A program made the translations under genes and the position numbers. Positions 1 through 9,103 of a stretch of DNA of 64,000 bases are shown here, piece after piece; position 1 is the first letter of the stretch, and the number at the start of each line of letters is the position of its first letter. Source of the stretch: an uncultured Acidobacteriota bacterium (GTDB taxonomy: Bacteria; Acidobacteriota; Terriglobia; Acidiferrales; UBA7541); assembly GCA_963751935.1 (NCBI GenBank), contig CAVVWI010000006.1, forward strand, positions 530,153 through 594,152. Direction: 5' to 3'. The notes under the pieces were generated by a model. The model worked only from the letters and a program-made list of their open reading frames with translations. It was not told where the DNA came from and did not search any database.

Positions 1-110
1 GCTGGCAGCCAAACGCCGCACGGCTCGTGCCCGCGACTTCGACCGTCATGTCGTCCATGGCGACCTTGCCCCTGACCTTTCATTTCGCATCCTTTACGCA
101 GCCTGGTCGC

Positions 111-563
111 TCATGTTCGTGGCCTATCCAAGTCTGCGAGTTCCGCAGCAGTGCGACGACGACAACCCACGACCCATTCCTGCCCCGAAGGTGTGATGAG
201 ATGAACCGCGCCGTGCAGCAATCCGTCAGGATGCTCCTCGTCGGTGACTGGACTCGGACGCTGAAGTGCGAGAGTCTCCTGCTCGATGCGCGCCAGGTCA
301 TCGTTCAGTTGTTCTTCCGTCAAAGGTCCGTGCTTCACACCAGATGCAATCCAAAACCAGCCGCTAGGCTCAGTAATCGAAACATCGCCCGAGGGGGATT
401 TCTCTTCCACAGTTTCTGGAGTGTTGAGGTTCCAGCCACGCATCTGAGCGATGAGTTTTGCACCTTGGATATCGGCAATGCTCAACGACGGAATCTTTTG
501 CAGTGCTGCGGCAAGGTCAGCCGCCGAGGAGCAATTTGCAAACTTAGATTTTTTACGCGGCAT
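111..563 (-). CDS. hypothetical protein (prophage/mobile remnant region)
   Basis: 150-aa ORF starting 2 nt after the stop of the upstream same-strand gene 566-1234. No recognisable motif. The Arg-rich C-terminal third may be degraded. Confidence 0.45.
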   Translation of the reverse strand: MPRKKSKFANCSSAADLAAALQKIPSLSIADIQGAKLIAQMRGWNLNTPETVEEKSPSGDVSITEPSGWFWIASGVKHGPLTEEQLNDDLARIEQETLALQRPSPVTDEEHPDGLLHGAVHLITPSGQEWVVGCRRRTAAELADLDRPRT

Positions 564-565
564 CG

Positions 566-1234
566 TTAGTCCTTCGGGAATAGACCCAGGAGTTCCCCTT
601 GGAGACGGAGACCTTCAATCTGCGCACTGGTTGTTCGCCGACTTCGCACCGCGCGCTCTAACGTTTTTAAGAACTTCTCGCGGGCGGTGGCTCCCGTCAT
701 CAGTTCAATCACTTCCGACAACAGACCATGATTAAAACGGTCGGTTTGTTTGTCGATGAGCGAAGCAGCCTCGTCAGGTAGTTCGATGTCGCGCTCGCGA
801 TAAATCAACTTCACGGCTTCCGTACGGTCGCCCTTCAGCCAATACGCGGTAGCGAATTGTTTGCCTTCCAACGATAACTTCTGAAACTGGGGGGTCTTGG
901 TGACTTCCTGCAGGGTCATCCACGAACTGTTTGCGGGCGATACAGTCGGGGTTTCCGCAACGACGGGTTCAGATTCAATCGTGAGAGAGCCGCACTCATC
1001 GCACCCAGTTTCGGCAGGCGCAACTTCGGCTGCGCTCGCGAATGACTCGGCGACGGCAGACGGTTCCGCGAGTGCGGGCTCAGTCGGCGTCTCACCAGGC
1101 GCGGCGGTAATCGGCTCGGGTGATTCCACGGTAAGTTCTTGGTCGGGTTCCGCGCCAGTATCAACCGCGTTCCCATCTGCGACTTCTACCGCGTCCAGCG
1201 TGCTTGCATCAACTGCGGTCAAATTCAAATCCAT
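566..1234 (-). CDS. putative phage terminase small-subunit-like protein
   Basis: ORF 566-1321; likely start is the ATG at 1234, preceded by GGGAGG. Acidic low-complexity N-terminus. The C-terminal part (FATAYWLKGDRTEAVKLIY ... IEGLRLQGELLGLF) resembles the helix-turn-helix and ...ALELLGKHLGMF tail of Terminase_2-type TerS. By-eye only. Confidence 0.45.
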   Translation of the reverse strand: MDLNLTAVDASTLDAVEVADGNAVDTGAEPDQELTVESPEPITAAPGETPTEPALAEPSAVAESFASAAEVAPAETGCDECGSLTIESEPVVAETPTVSPANSSWMTLQEVTKTPQFQKLSLEGKQFATAYWLKGDRTEAVKLIYRERDIELPDEAASLIDKQTDRFNHGLLSEVIELMTGATAREKFLKTLERAVRSRRTTSAQIEGLRLQGELLGLFPKD

Positions 1235-1985
1235 AAATCGCCTCCCAGCGAGAATTAAAGTCGAGGTGAGGTCGGAGCCCACCAGACTAGGAAGATGACC
1301 AACCTGTCGGTGGAACCTCACCTCGTCGAAGCCTTGGTCAATTCGAGGAGAACTGCAAAGGCTCTCACTAAGGACACGATTATTCAGAAAGGTGGTGTAT
1401 TAAGTTTCTACGGGGGTTCTACGGGGTTCCACGGATAGTCGTTTCAGCCTTTATTCATTGGCTAGAACGATGCCTAGAGCCCGATAGTCTTGAGTGATTT
1501 TCAAAATGACTCGCATGCGCGAAATCGCAAGCATGCTTTCACAGGTGGGAGACTCCCATGTGGCTCCCGCTGGGGTTCGGGGCGACGATATCGATTACCG
1601 GCGTACCAAATTATTTTTGGTTCCATAGCGCATGGGACTCCCGCAGACTTTTCAATTTCGGAAATGACGATTGGGATTCTAAAGGTACCGTCGAGTTTTT
1701 GTGCGTGCACCATAGTGTGCGTTTGAACAATTCGTCAGAAGGGGGGTGCACTAGGCACCGCAGAGCAGTAGGGGTGTCAGGGGACTCAGGATTTTAATAT
1801 AGACCCTCCTGGGACCCCCTGAGCGCGTGCTGTGCTGGAATTTATTTGTTCGCTACGCGCGGGCGATGCTCGCTGCGATGGTGCTCCATAGTGGGGCGTG
1901 GACGTAATGGGGCGACTGGGGTGGGGTGGTCGCAAGGCGATGCGGCGTGACAGCGGCGACAGCCCACAAAAAGGTACTGACGTAC

Positions 1986-2005
1986 CATTGCAAATGCAAC
2001 ATTAC
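1986..2005. repeat. left inverted repeat flanking the small recombinase gene
   Basis: AAATGCAACATTAC (1992-2005) is the exact reverse complement of GTAATGTTGCATTT (2775-2788). The match extends to 18/20 over 1986-2005 versus 2775-2794. Confidence 0.7.
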
Positions 2006-2016
2006 AATGCTAATGT
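1988..2016 (+). promoter_or_regulatory. putative sigma70-type promoter of the recombinase gene, overlapping the left IR
   Basis: TTGCAA (1988-1993), 17-nt spacer, TAATGT (2011-2016), 24 nt upstream of the ATG at 2040. The spacer is the IR core. Confidence 0.35.
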
Positions 2017-2039
2017 GAATCGCACGGGGGCCAAAGTCC

Positions 2040-2681
2040 ATGACGCCATCAATCGTGAAGAACGTAATCAGGATGCCGAAAGAAAGAGCCAAGCGAGTCC
2101 GCACCCGCATTTCATACATGACTCCCGAACAGTTAGAGCGGTTCCTGCAAGCGGCCAAGGAATACGGCGCGCGTGAATACGCCATGTTTCTGTTCGCCGT
2201 CGCCCATGGAGCACGAGCGCAGGAGATTTGCAATCTAAGGCTGTCCGATATCGACTTCCGCAACGAGCAGGTTCACATTGCTCGCCTGAAGGGTTCGCTC
2301 GACTCGACGCAAAGCCTCTTGCGGGTCAAGGGAAACAGCCTGTTCAACGAAACAGCCGCCCTGAACGCCTGGCTTGCCGTCCGCCAGCCTGACGCCGATA
2401 ATTTCGTTTTCAACTCGCAGAAGTCCACCCAACTCAACCGTGTGACGGTCTATAAAATCTTCAAGGCTATCGCTCAGAAGGCTGGACTCGGCGAAACCCT
2501 TCAGCATCCCCACGTCTTGAAGCACACCGCTGCAATGCTGATGGTGAATCAGGGAGCCAACGCGTTTCTAATCCGCCAGCATCTCGGGCACCGCTCATTC
2601 GATTCGACCCTCGCCTATGTGAATCCGAGCGATTCCGACGCATCGGCGGCGGCTGCCAAAGCCTTCAGCCAAGCCTTTTAG
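2040..2681 (+). CDS. small tyrosine recombinase (catalytic domain only, FimB/FimE-sized)
   Basis: 213 aa. Motifs: AHGARAQE (Arg-I), LKGS (Lys), HVLKHTAA (His-II, with Lys where Arg-II is expected), LGHRS, LAYV (Tyr nucleophile). No N-terminal SAM-like/arm-binding domain. Confidence 0.85.
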   Translation: MTPSIVKNVIRMPKERAKRVRTRISYMTPEQLERFLQAAKEYGAREYAMFLFAVAHGARAQEICNLRLSDIDFRNEQVHIARLKGSLDSTQSLLRVKGNSLFNETAALNAWLAVRQPDADNFVFNSQKSTQLNRVTVYKIFKAIAQKAGLGETLQHPHVLKHTAAMLMVNQGANAFLIRQHLGHRSFDSTLAYVNPSDSDASAAAAKAFSQAF

Positions 2682-2698
2682 CCCGTTACAGTATTCCT

Positions 2699-2711
2699 GT
2701 ATTGTTGCATT
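2699..2711. repeat. third copy (direct relative to 2775-2788) of the recombinase-flanking motif
   Basis: GTATTGTTGCATT versus GTAATGTTGCATT, 12/13 identical. Confidence 0.5.
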
Positions 2712-2715
2712 CGAG

Positions 2716-2757
2716 CCGCCTAACTCCTTAGTTTCGGGGTTGGGCGGTTCGCATTTT
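2716..2757 (+). terminator. putative intrinsic terminator after the recombinase gene
   Basis: 9-bp stem CCGCCTAAC / GTTGGGCGG (one G-U pair) with a 14-nt loop, followed by TTCGCATTTT. Confidence 0.4.
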
Positions 2758-2774
2758 AGGGGTCATCGGGACAA

Positions 2775-2794
2775 GTAATGTTGCATTTTCAAGG
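2775..2794. repeat. right inverted repeat flanking the small recombinase gene
   Basis: Partner of 1986-2005: 14 bp perfect, 18/20 overall. Confidence 0.7.
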
Positions 2795-2892
2795 CTCGGG
2801 AGTCGCCTGTGGGAGTCACTTGCGAGACGACCATGGCTGTCTCTATAGTCCGTCCACGCTCGGGAAATGTCCGAACAGAAAGGTGGTCGAAT

Positions 2893-3045
2893 ATGAAAGA
2901 CACACAATGTACCGTTTGCTCAGGAAGCGGAAAGCTGCCACCCCGCTCGGTCGTTCACGATGGAACCAAAGAGCGCGTGATGACGCTGCGACCGAAGTCT
3001 TGTCCACATTGCCATGGGACGGGCGTCGAGCCCACTAACCGATGA
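2893..3045 (+). CDS. small DnaJ-type zinc-finger protein (two CxxCxGxG motifs)
   Basis: 50 aa from the ATG at 2893 with an AAGGTGG RBS. Contains CTVCSGSG and CPHCHGTG motifs. Lies within listed ORF 2809-3045. Confidence 0.6.
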   Translation: MKDTQCTVCSGSGKLPPRSVVHDGTKERVMTLRPKSCPHCHGTGVEPTNR

Positions 3046-3832
3046 ACCCGACTTAGAAGATAAGCCTCTAGGGGGCGGTCAGTTCAAAACCCGCTCCCTT
3101 TGCGCCTTCCAAGCACCGCCCCAGAATAAGCGGCGTGACGGGAGCCGCCGTCGCCCGTGAAAGGATTTCGCCGCGTCCGAGGTTCGAGGCTATAGCTCAG
3201 GGAAAGCGCGGCAAATCGCCTCAGAACGCAAAATCAGGCATTTGGGCGAACGGCGTTCGCCAGAATCGACCAAATGAACGGATGTTCGGTTTGAGACGGT
3301 GGCCGCTCGAAACTTTCCCATTAACTTCCTCGCGTAACCGACTGATTATGTTAGAGATGGATGAAATCGATAGCCATTTTTGTTTTTTCCCGACGATTTC
3401 GGAATTTCACAGGAGAAGCCCGTGTTGCGTGGCTACCGTTGACCCTGCCGACGCGGACGCACACACGCTGTACCGTGCCAGCACGACGCCGTCTGCTGTC
3501 TCCTGCGGTCATCCCGAGCGCGTGAATGACCCGTCACGTACCGTAGGTGCTCGATTCAGTACGTCCGGGTATCTGTCAGCCTTGACTCTGCCACAGGAGT
3601 TCTCAGCAGCTTTGTACGAACTGGTCCGCGCGGTGCGGTTGGTTCGGAGCGCAGCCTGCCCGAGCCCGAGATGCTCCGTCGAGCGCATGCACTGTGTGCC
3701 TCTGGCCTACAGGTGCGACGGTGAACGCCCTCAACGGAAAGGTGCGGTCCTTCCGGGCAAATGTCCGATTATCCGACTATACGTCCACTCGGTTGCGTTG
3801 AATGCGATGCAACAAATGCAAACCGTGAGAAA

Positions 3833-6274
3833 TTACTCGTATCTCAGCGCGACCATGGGATCGACCTTCATCGCGCGCCGGGCTGGAAAATAGCAGGCCA
3901 AGAGCGCCACCGCTGCGAGCAACGCCCCGGCGGCGGCCCACGTCACCGGATCTGTCGGACTTGTATCGTAGAGCAAGCTCGCCAGAGCGCGCGTGAGCGC
4001 AAGTGCCGCGCCCCCTCCGAGAACGAGTCCAACCAGGACCATGAGCATCGCTTTTCCGATCACGAGCTTCAGCAGACCGCCCGGCGATGCGCCAAGAGCC
4101 AGGCGAATGGCCATCTCATGTACTCTCTGCGCCACGGAATAGGAGACTACGCCGTAGATCCCGACGGCAGCCAGCAAAACCGCGATGCCAGCGAAGATGG
4201 CCAACAGCACCGTGCGAAGCCGGGCTGGCGCCACCAACTGTGACTTGATTTCTTCCAAGGTCTCAACGTTCGCCACCACCTGGTTCTTGTTCACTTTCCA
4301 GATTGCTTGTTCGATCGATCCGCTTAAAAGCAACGGATTCATGGCCGCACGAACTACCAAGCTGTTGAAAGTGCCGGGGCTTTGATAGAACGGAACGTAT
4401 ATGACCGCAAGATCCTCGCCGAGGCTAAGAACTTTCCCGCCGACTTTCTCGTCCTTCACCACTCCCACCACCTGCCAAGGGATTTCCGGACCGCGATCAC
4501 GCTTCCCGAACACGAGCTGCCGAATCGAGATGCGCTTACCGATGGGATCTTCGCCTTTGAAGTAAGTCTTCGTCATAGTTTCATTGATCACGGTAACAGG
4601 CGGCGCGTCGGCAACATCGGTCTCCTCAAGGCCGCGGCCCTTTAACAATCCCATGCCAACCGTATGAAAATACGACGGGCCTACCACCTTGAACCCGCAG
4701 ACAGGGCGCTCGGGGTAGGGCAGATATGTCCGCCCCTCGATCAGGAAGGGCGCGCCGTTCGCAAAGCCTTCCATCGGCGGTCTGTCAGTGACGGCGACGT
4801 CGCGCACGCCAGGCACGCTTCGGACATTCTCGGTGATTTCCGTAAGATAGTTTGTGAGCGTCGTGCTGTTCGTGAATTCTGTTAGCGGCATTGGAAGATC
4901 CATCGCAAGAACATTGGTTGTATCCACCCCCGGGTTGACGCTTGCAAGCCTGTTGAAGCTTCGGATCAGCAGGCTGGCGCCCGCGAGCAATACAAATGAC
5001 AGCGCCACTTCGGCAACAACCAGAGCTGTCCTCATCCGATGCCGTGTGAGCCCGGCAGTCGTTCGTCCACCTTCCTTCAGCGATCCGACAAGATCGGGCC
5101 GCGTGCCGCCGAGCGCTGGCGCCAAGCCGAAAAGGACTCCCGTAAGGATTCCGACAACCATCGTGAAAAGCAATACGGCGTAGTCCATCCGGACGTCTGC
5201 TTGCGGTGGCAGCATGTCGGGCGGGAATAACAGTTTGATTGCGCGCATCGATGCATCGCCCAGTGCAAGGCCCGCCACGCCACCGAGGGTTCCCAGAAAT
5301 ATGTTTTCCGTAAGCAGCTGCCGGATCAGCCGGAGACGGCCCGCGCCCAAGGCCGAACGAATGGCGATCTCGTGCTCGCGGTCCGTACCCCGGGCGAGCG
5401 TCAGATTGGCGAGGTTGGCGCACCCGATCAGCAGTACGGCGCCCACCGTTGCGAGCAGCACCCAAAGCGAGCGGCGGAGCTGCGGGTCAACCATCTCATC
5501 GATATAAGGATCGACCGTTACGCCCCAACCTTTATTCGAATCTGGGTACAAGGCAGCAATGCCCGCTCCAATCGTGTCCATTTGAGCGCGGGCCCGCTTC
5601 AAAGTGACGCCGGGCTCAAGGCGAGCGATGGCAGAGAGCCAGTGATAATTGCGTGTCATGTCCGCGGGGCTGAAAGCGAGCGGCAGCCACATCACGGCCC
5701 AGGTTCGGTCAAAGGTACTGTTTGCCGGAAGAACGCCGATGATCGTGTAACTTTTCGAATCCAACGTGACATTGCGGCCGATAACGTCGGGGTCGCCGCC
5801 AAACCGGCTTTGCCAAATACGGTTCGAGAGCACCACTTCCTGATCTTTGCCAACCTGGTCTTCGCTTGAGCCAAACGTGCGCCCCAGCGTCGCGCCCACA
5901 CCAAGCACCTTGAAATACGACGCCGAGACTCTCTGAACATTAAGCTCCTGGGGCCTGCCCGGGCCGGTCAACCTCACCGTGTCCCCGGCGATGGCTGACA
6001 GAAATTGAAAACAGCGATTCTGCCCATTCCAATCAAGGAAGTTCAGGGTGGAAATGAAGTTGGGAGTTCCCCCCGGATGCTTTTCCCAAACGCTGACGAT
6101 TCGCTCGGGATGCGGATACGGGAGAGGCTTGAGCAATACAGCATCCACAAAACTGAAAATCGCCGTGTTGGCGCCGATGCCGAGGGCGAGGGTAAGGACG
6201 GCGACGATTGTGAAGCCGGGACTCTTGCGCAGCACCCGCAGACCGTAGCGCAAGTCCTGCCAAAGCGTCTGCAT
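3833..6274 (-). CDS. ADOP-family duplicated MacB/FtsX-like permease
   Basis: 813 aa from [22 protein letters not shown], the typical ADOP N-terminus. The listed ORF extends to 6478, but the upstream part is not protein-like. Two MacB_PCD/FtsX halves ending [15 protein letters not shown]. Confidence 0.9.
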   Translation of the reverse strand: MQTLWQDLRYGLRVLRKSPGFTIVAVLTLALGIGANTAIFSFVDAVLLKPLPYPHPERIVSVWEKHPGGTPNFISTLNFLDWNGQNRCFQFLSAIAGDTVRLTGPGRPQELNVQRVSASYFKVLGVGATLGRTFGSSEDQVGKDQEVVLSNRIWQSRFGGDPDVIGRNVTLDSKSYTIIGVLPANSTFDRTWAVMWLPLAFSPADMTRNYHWLSAIARLEPGVTLKRARAQMDTIGAGIAALYPDSNKGWGVTVDPYIDEMVDPQLRRSLWVLLATVGAVLLIGCANLANLTLARGTDREHEIAIRSALGAGRLRLIRQLLTENIFLGTLGGVAGLALGDASMRAIKLLFPPDMLPPQADVRMDYAVLLFTMVVGILTGVLFGLAPALGGTRPDLVGSLKEGGRTTAGLTRHRMRTALVVAEVALSFVLLAGASLLIRSFNRLASVNPGVDTTNVLAMDLPMPLTEFTNSTTLTNYLTEITENVRSVPGVRDVAVTDRPPMEGFANGAPFLIEGRTYLPYPERPVCGFKVVGPSYFHTVGMGLLKGRGLEETDVADAPPVTVINETMTKTYFKGEDPIGKRISIRQLVFGKRDRGPEIPWQVVGVVKDEKVGGKVLSLGEDLAVIYVPFYQSPGTFNSLVVRAAMNPLLLSGSIEQAIWKVNKNQVVANVETLEEIKSQLVAPARLRTVLLAIFAGIAVLLAAVGIYGVVSYSVAQRVHEMAIRLALGASPGGLLKLVIGKAMLMVLVGLVLGGGAALALTRALASLLYDTSPTDPVTWAAAGALLAAVALLACYFPARRAMKVDPMVALRYE

Positions 6275-6512
6275 AGGTACGCTCCTATTCAGAGCCGTGG
6301 GGATTATAGACGAGAAAGTGGACGGGTGCCTGAGTAACGCCGTTACCGGAAAATTGGTGTGCCCACATGCAGAACGACTGGCAAGCAACCTCTGACCCTT
6401 TATGCCCAGGCGCGCCAGTTCAGCCAGGACCGCATCGAGCCAAGGACCGTGACCGACGATTGAGCCCTTCACTGGCACAGAATTGCCTCGGCTTCTTCGT
6501 TGTCTGGCACGG

Positions 6513-6728
6513 AAGAGAAGAAGGCAAAGTTCGGCTCAAAATTGATACTAACTTCTCTTCTTCTCTTCTTAATAAGGGAAAGAAGAGAAATCCCGCCAAG
6601 TAATCGAAATAAAGCACTTACAAACCATTTTTGGAACTTCTCTCGGGAGAAGTTGCCCCCAATTACCCCGAGAATGCCTGAGTCACTTATTGTGGAGGTA
6701 TTTGAACTTAACTTCTCTCGAAGAGAAG
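6513..6728. repeat. iteron field (AAGAGAAG/CTTCTCTT), putative replication origin or regulator-binding array
   Basis: Copies at 6513-6520 (+), 6552-6559 and 6560-6567 (tandem, -), 6583-6590 (7/8). Palindrome AACTTCTC-TCGG-GAGAAGTT at 6635-6654 and palindrome CTTCTCT-CGA-AGAGAAG at 6712-6728. AT-rich, and immediately 3' of the primase-helicase stop. Confidence 0.65.
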
Positions 6729-6730
6729 CT

Positions 6731-8764
6731 CTAAAAGACTTCGCGTTGCTCATCTTGGTCTTGTCTCCCCAGTGGGTTTGTTTCCGACTCGTTCCAGCAG
6801 TACAAGCTCGCCCCACCTTTGCCCATCTTCCGCCCTGACTTCTTGATAAGGTGGTTGTGCGCGTGGTCGTGCTTAACGCGCGTACTTGCGGGCGTATAGG
6901 TCATCTTCCGACCGACTTCAAAGTCTCTAATCGTCCACCACTTCTTCGTCGGGTCTGTCTTCGCCCGCCGAGCCTGTTCCCTGTACCACTCGATGTCGAG
7001 ATGTGAATCATCAGTGACGACTGATTCTTCGGGGTCGTCTGCAATCGGAACTAGCAAGCCGCCCTGAAATTCTAACGTGAAGTCTTCGTCAGGTCCGTTT
7101 CGCAGGTCCACATGAAGCCGACGCCGACCCTTCTTCTTGGGGACTATGGAAAGGGTGAGCAAGGTTTCCGTTGTACGAGCCCATGCCTGTGACCCGTAGA
7201 AACATTCACGAGGGTTTGAATACTGGTTGGTCTCGTTCGACTTGGGCGCGCCGCCGCTCCCAATCATAGCGATGTGATAGTGCTCTGCGATTTGGGTAAT
7301 CGCGTGGACAAATTGCGAGACGAGGATGGGGTCAGTTCCCTTAGAAACCATCATGTCAACACCCTCGATGAACACGATTTCAGGTAACGGATTCTGCTCC
7401 TCGATGACGTTGAGAATGGCTCGCGCTGCGGCTATGTCGTACAACGTCTGCGAAATCGGATTAAACGGAATAGCTTCTGGGCTCAAACGCATGCGCTTCA
7501 TTGTTCGACTGTGCGACGCTTTGCCTCTATCCACACCCGTGGCAAGGAACGAACGTCCGAAAGTTTGATGACCGAAAAACGGAATTTTCACTCCTTGCAT
7601 GGTCAACGCTTGGTACATCGTAGTCGTTTTACCGCTGCCCGACTTACCGCCGACAAGCGAAACGGCTCCAAGCGGAAACCAACCGTCGTCGCCTTCAACA
7701 GGTGCCATGACGAATTCAGAATCAGATTGGTTGGTCGAAGGGGGAAATTTGAAATCGAGTTTGTACTTCTGTGATTCTGTTAGCGGTTCCCATTGATGTT
7801 GCTCGCCAACTTCGTCCGACGCCGCGCTCTCAGGTTTCTCGCCACTCACGAGTTTCTTGAATGTACGCTCGCGATAATCCTCACGGTCAAGCCACTTCTC
7901 ACGGTGTCCGCGTGGGGAAGCACTGAAGAATTTGAAGAGTGCGTCTTTGTCTTGCGTCTTTAGTTCTCGTGAAAGCAGACCGAGAAGTGCAAGGTCACCA
8001 CGAGATTGGTCATTCTCATAGTCTGAGGCATCGCCCATCCACAGATGTTTGAACTTGACGTTGGCGAACTGGGAGATGAGCAGATACGGAAGGCTGATGT
8101 CGTCGATTCTTGGAATTCCCCCGCCAGAGAATCGGTCGCCAGTTACAGTCAAGAAGCGGCCACCTTCGGTGCTCGTATAAATCTCAGCGCCGTATTTTTC
8201 GACGCCCTTCTTCTTCGCGGAGAACTTGCGACCACCAGGAGAAAGTTGAAAACATTTGACGAACACCCGAAGTCCTGTTCCAGACGGAGTGATTTCACAG
8301 TATGGTGCGCCGAACTGCGAAATGATATTGAGAACGTACGGCTCGGGCACGCCGTCGTCTATCACGCCATCGAAGTCAATGCCGACTAGCGGAATGTCGT
8401 TCAGTCGTGCGCCCAGCAACATGATGCCGATGCCGTTGTATTTGTTCTTGGGAACGCTCGCAACCTTCACGGCCGTGGCGAAATCGCACCACGTTGTCGG
8501 GTCGTTTGATTTGGCGAAGTCATTGTTCTTTGCTTCGTACGGTGGCTTCGTCAATTTTCCGTTGCGTTTTTCCTCGCGCCACACAACCCAGTGGGACAGG
8601 TCTTTTAACTCCTGTGGCACCTTCGCGTACGGCAAAGTAGAGTGAGCGGCGGGTTCTTCAGTGAAAGGGTCAAGCCATCTCGATGTCTGCGGCGTGAACT
8701 GCGCGCCAGCTTGACTCAAATTACCCAGAAGATTGCCCAGGTTCGGATTCGGTTGTGCGCTCAT
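6731..8764 (-). CDS. bifunctional primase-polymerase (Prim-Pol) / RecA-fold replicative ATPase (helicase)
   Basis: 677 aa. The N-terminal half has WVVWREEKRNGKLTKPP ... GIGIML ... VGIDFDG ... YGAEIYTSTEGGRFLTVTG, typical of bifunctional Prim-Pol and primase C-terminal domains. The C-terminal half has Walker A GGKSGSGKTT and an AAA_25/RepA-like region. ATGA overlap with the upstream CSD gene. Confidence 0.85.
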   Translation of the reverse strand: MSAQPNPNLGNLLGNLSQAGAQFTPQTSRWLDPFTEEPAAHSTLPYAKVPQELKDLSHWVVWREEKRNGKLTKPPYEAKNNDFAKSNDPTTWCDFATAVKVASVPKNKYNGIGIMLLGARLNDIPLVGIDFDGVIDDGVPEPYVLNIISQFGAPYCEITPSGTGLRVFVKCFQLSPGGRKFSAKKKGVEKYGAEIYTSTEGGRFLTVTGDRFSGGGIPRIDDISLPYLLISQFANVKFKHLWMGDASDYENDQSRGDLALLGLLSRELKTQDKDALFKFFSASPRGHREKWLDREDYRERTFKKLVSGEKPESAASDEVGEQHQWEPLTESQKYKLDFKFPPSTNQSDSEFVMAPVEGDDGWFPLGAVSLVGGKSGSGKTTTMYQALTMQGVKIPFFGHQTFGRSFLATGVDRGKASHSRTMKRMRLSPEAIPFNPISQTLYDIAAARAILNVIEEQNPLPEIVFIEGVDMMVSKGTDPILVSQFVHAITQIAEHYHIAMIGSGGAPKSNETNQYSNPRECFYGSQAWARTTETLLTLSIVPKKKGRRRLHVDLRNGPDEDFTLEFQGGLLVPIADDPEESVVTDDSHLDIEWYREQARRAKTDPTKKWWTIRDFEVGRKMTYTPASTRVKHDHAHNHLIKKSGRKMGKGGASLYCWNESETNPLGRQDQDEQREVF

Positions 8765-9027
8765 CGGACACCTTCCGCCTGAGATTGCGCCGCGCTAACT
8801 TGGCGCGCAATCGGATGTCCGATGAATTTTATGTTGGTCGCACAGGGGCGTCCGTTGTGCTCGCCCATTTCGTATTCGATGCGGTCACCAGGATTCAGAT
8901 AGTTGCGGTCGGGATGAAGTCTTTTTCGATGAATAAAAATGTCGTTTGTGAGGTCATCAGGCATCGCCCAGCCAGTACCACGAGCGCGGTCGAAACCTAG
9001 GACGGTAGCTTGCTTTATCTCGGTCAT
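8761..9027 (-). CDS. cold-shock-domain (OB-fold) protein
   Basis: 88 aa. GFDRARGTGWAMPDD..DIFIH ... NPGDRIEYEMGEHNGRPCATNIKFIG follows the CSD pattern. AAGGAA RBS. The stop overlaps the primase start (ATGA). Confidence 0.6.
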   Translation of the reverse strand: MTEIKQATVLGFDRARGTGWAMPDDLTNDIFIHRKRLHPDRNYLNPGDRIEYEMGEHNGRPCATNIKFIGHPIARQVSAAQSQAEGVR

Positions 9028-9103
9028 AACTTGATTCCTTATTTCCTTAGTAGCCGCACATCAAATTCCAGCCTGCGGCAAGCCTACAAAATCGGTTGAC
9101 TGC

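Noticed and set aside
1-110. Possible 5'-truncated minus-strand gene at the window edge (ATG at 58 or 83)
   Set aside because: It is too short to evaluate. Two competing frames exist and neither has a recognisable motif.
3190-3235. tRNA-like TATAGCTCAG D-arm strings at 3190-3235 and 50946-50990
   Set aside because: No complementary acceptor stem, anticodon stem or GGTTCGAATCC-type T arm could be folded. They are probably chance matches or tRNA debris.
3807-3826. Fourth ATGCAACA / AAATGCAAAC site that could extend the recombinase repeat set into a shufflon-like array
   Set aside because: Only 8 contiguous nt match, which is expected by chance about twice in a window this size.
3135-3893. 252-aa GTG-started ORF in the long intergenic region
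   Set aside because: Its composition is not protein-like, it has no RBS, and it overlaps the convergent permease 3' end.
6275-6478. N-terminal extensions of listed ORFs (3833-6478, 35564-36841, 31971-33335, 23344-23850, 33347-34663, 16997-18478, 55614-57770)
   Set aside because: The upstream portions lack coding character. Internal ATG or GTG codons with good RBSs, followed by signal peptides or canonical family N-termini, give better starts.
6513-6728. Short-repeat clusters at 6513-6728 and 52273-52346 considered as CRISPR arrays
   Set aside because: The repeats are only 8-12 nt, occur in both orientations with irregular spacing, have no spacer-like unique units of constant length, and no cas genes are in the window.
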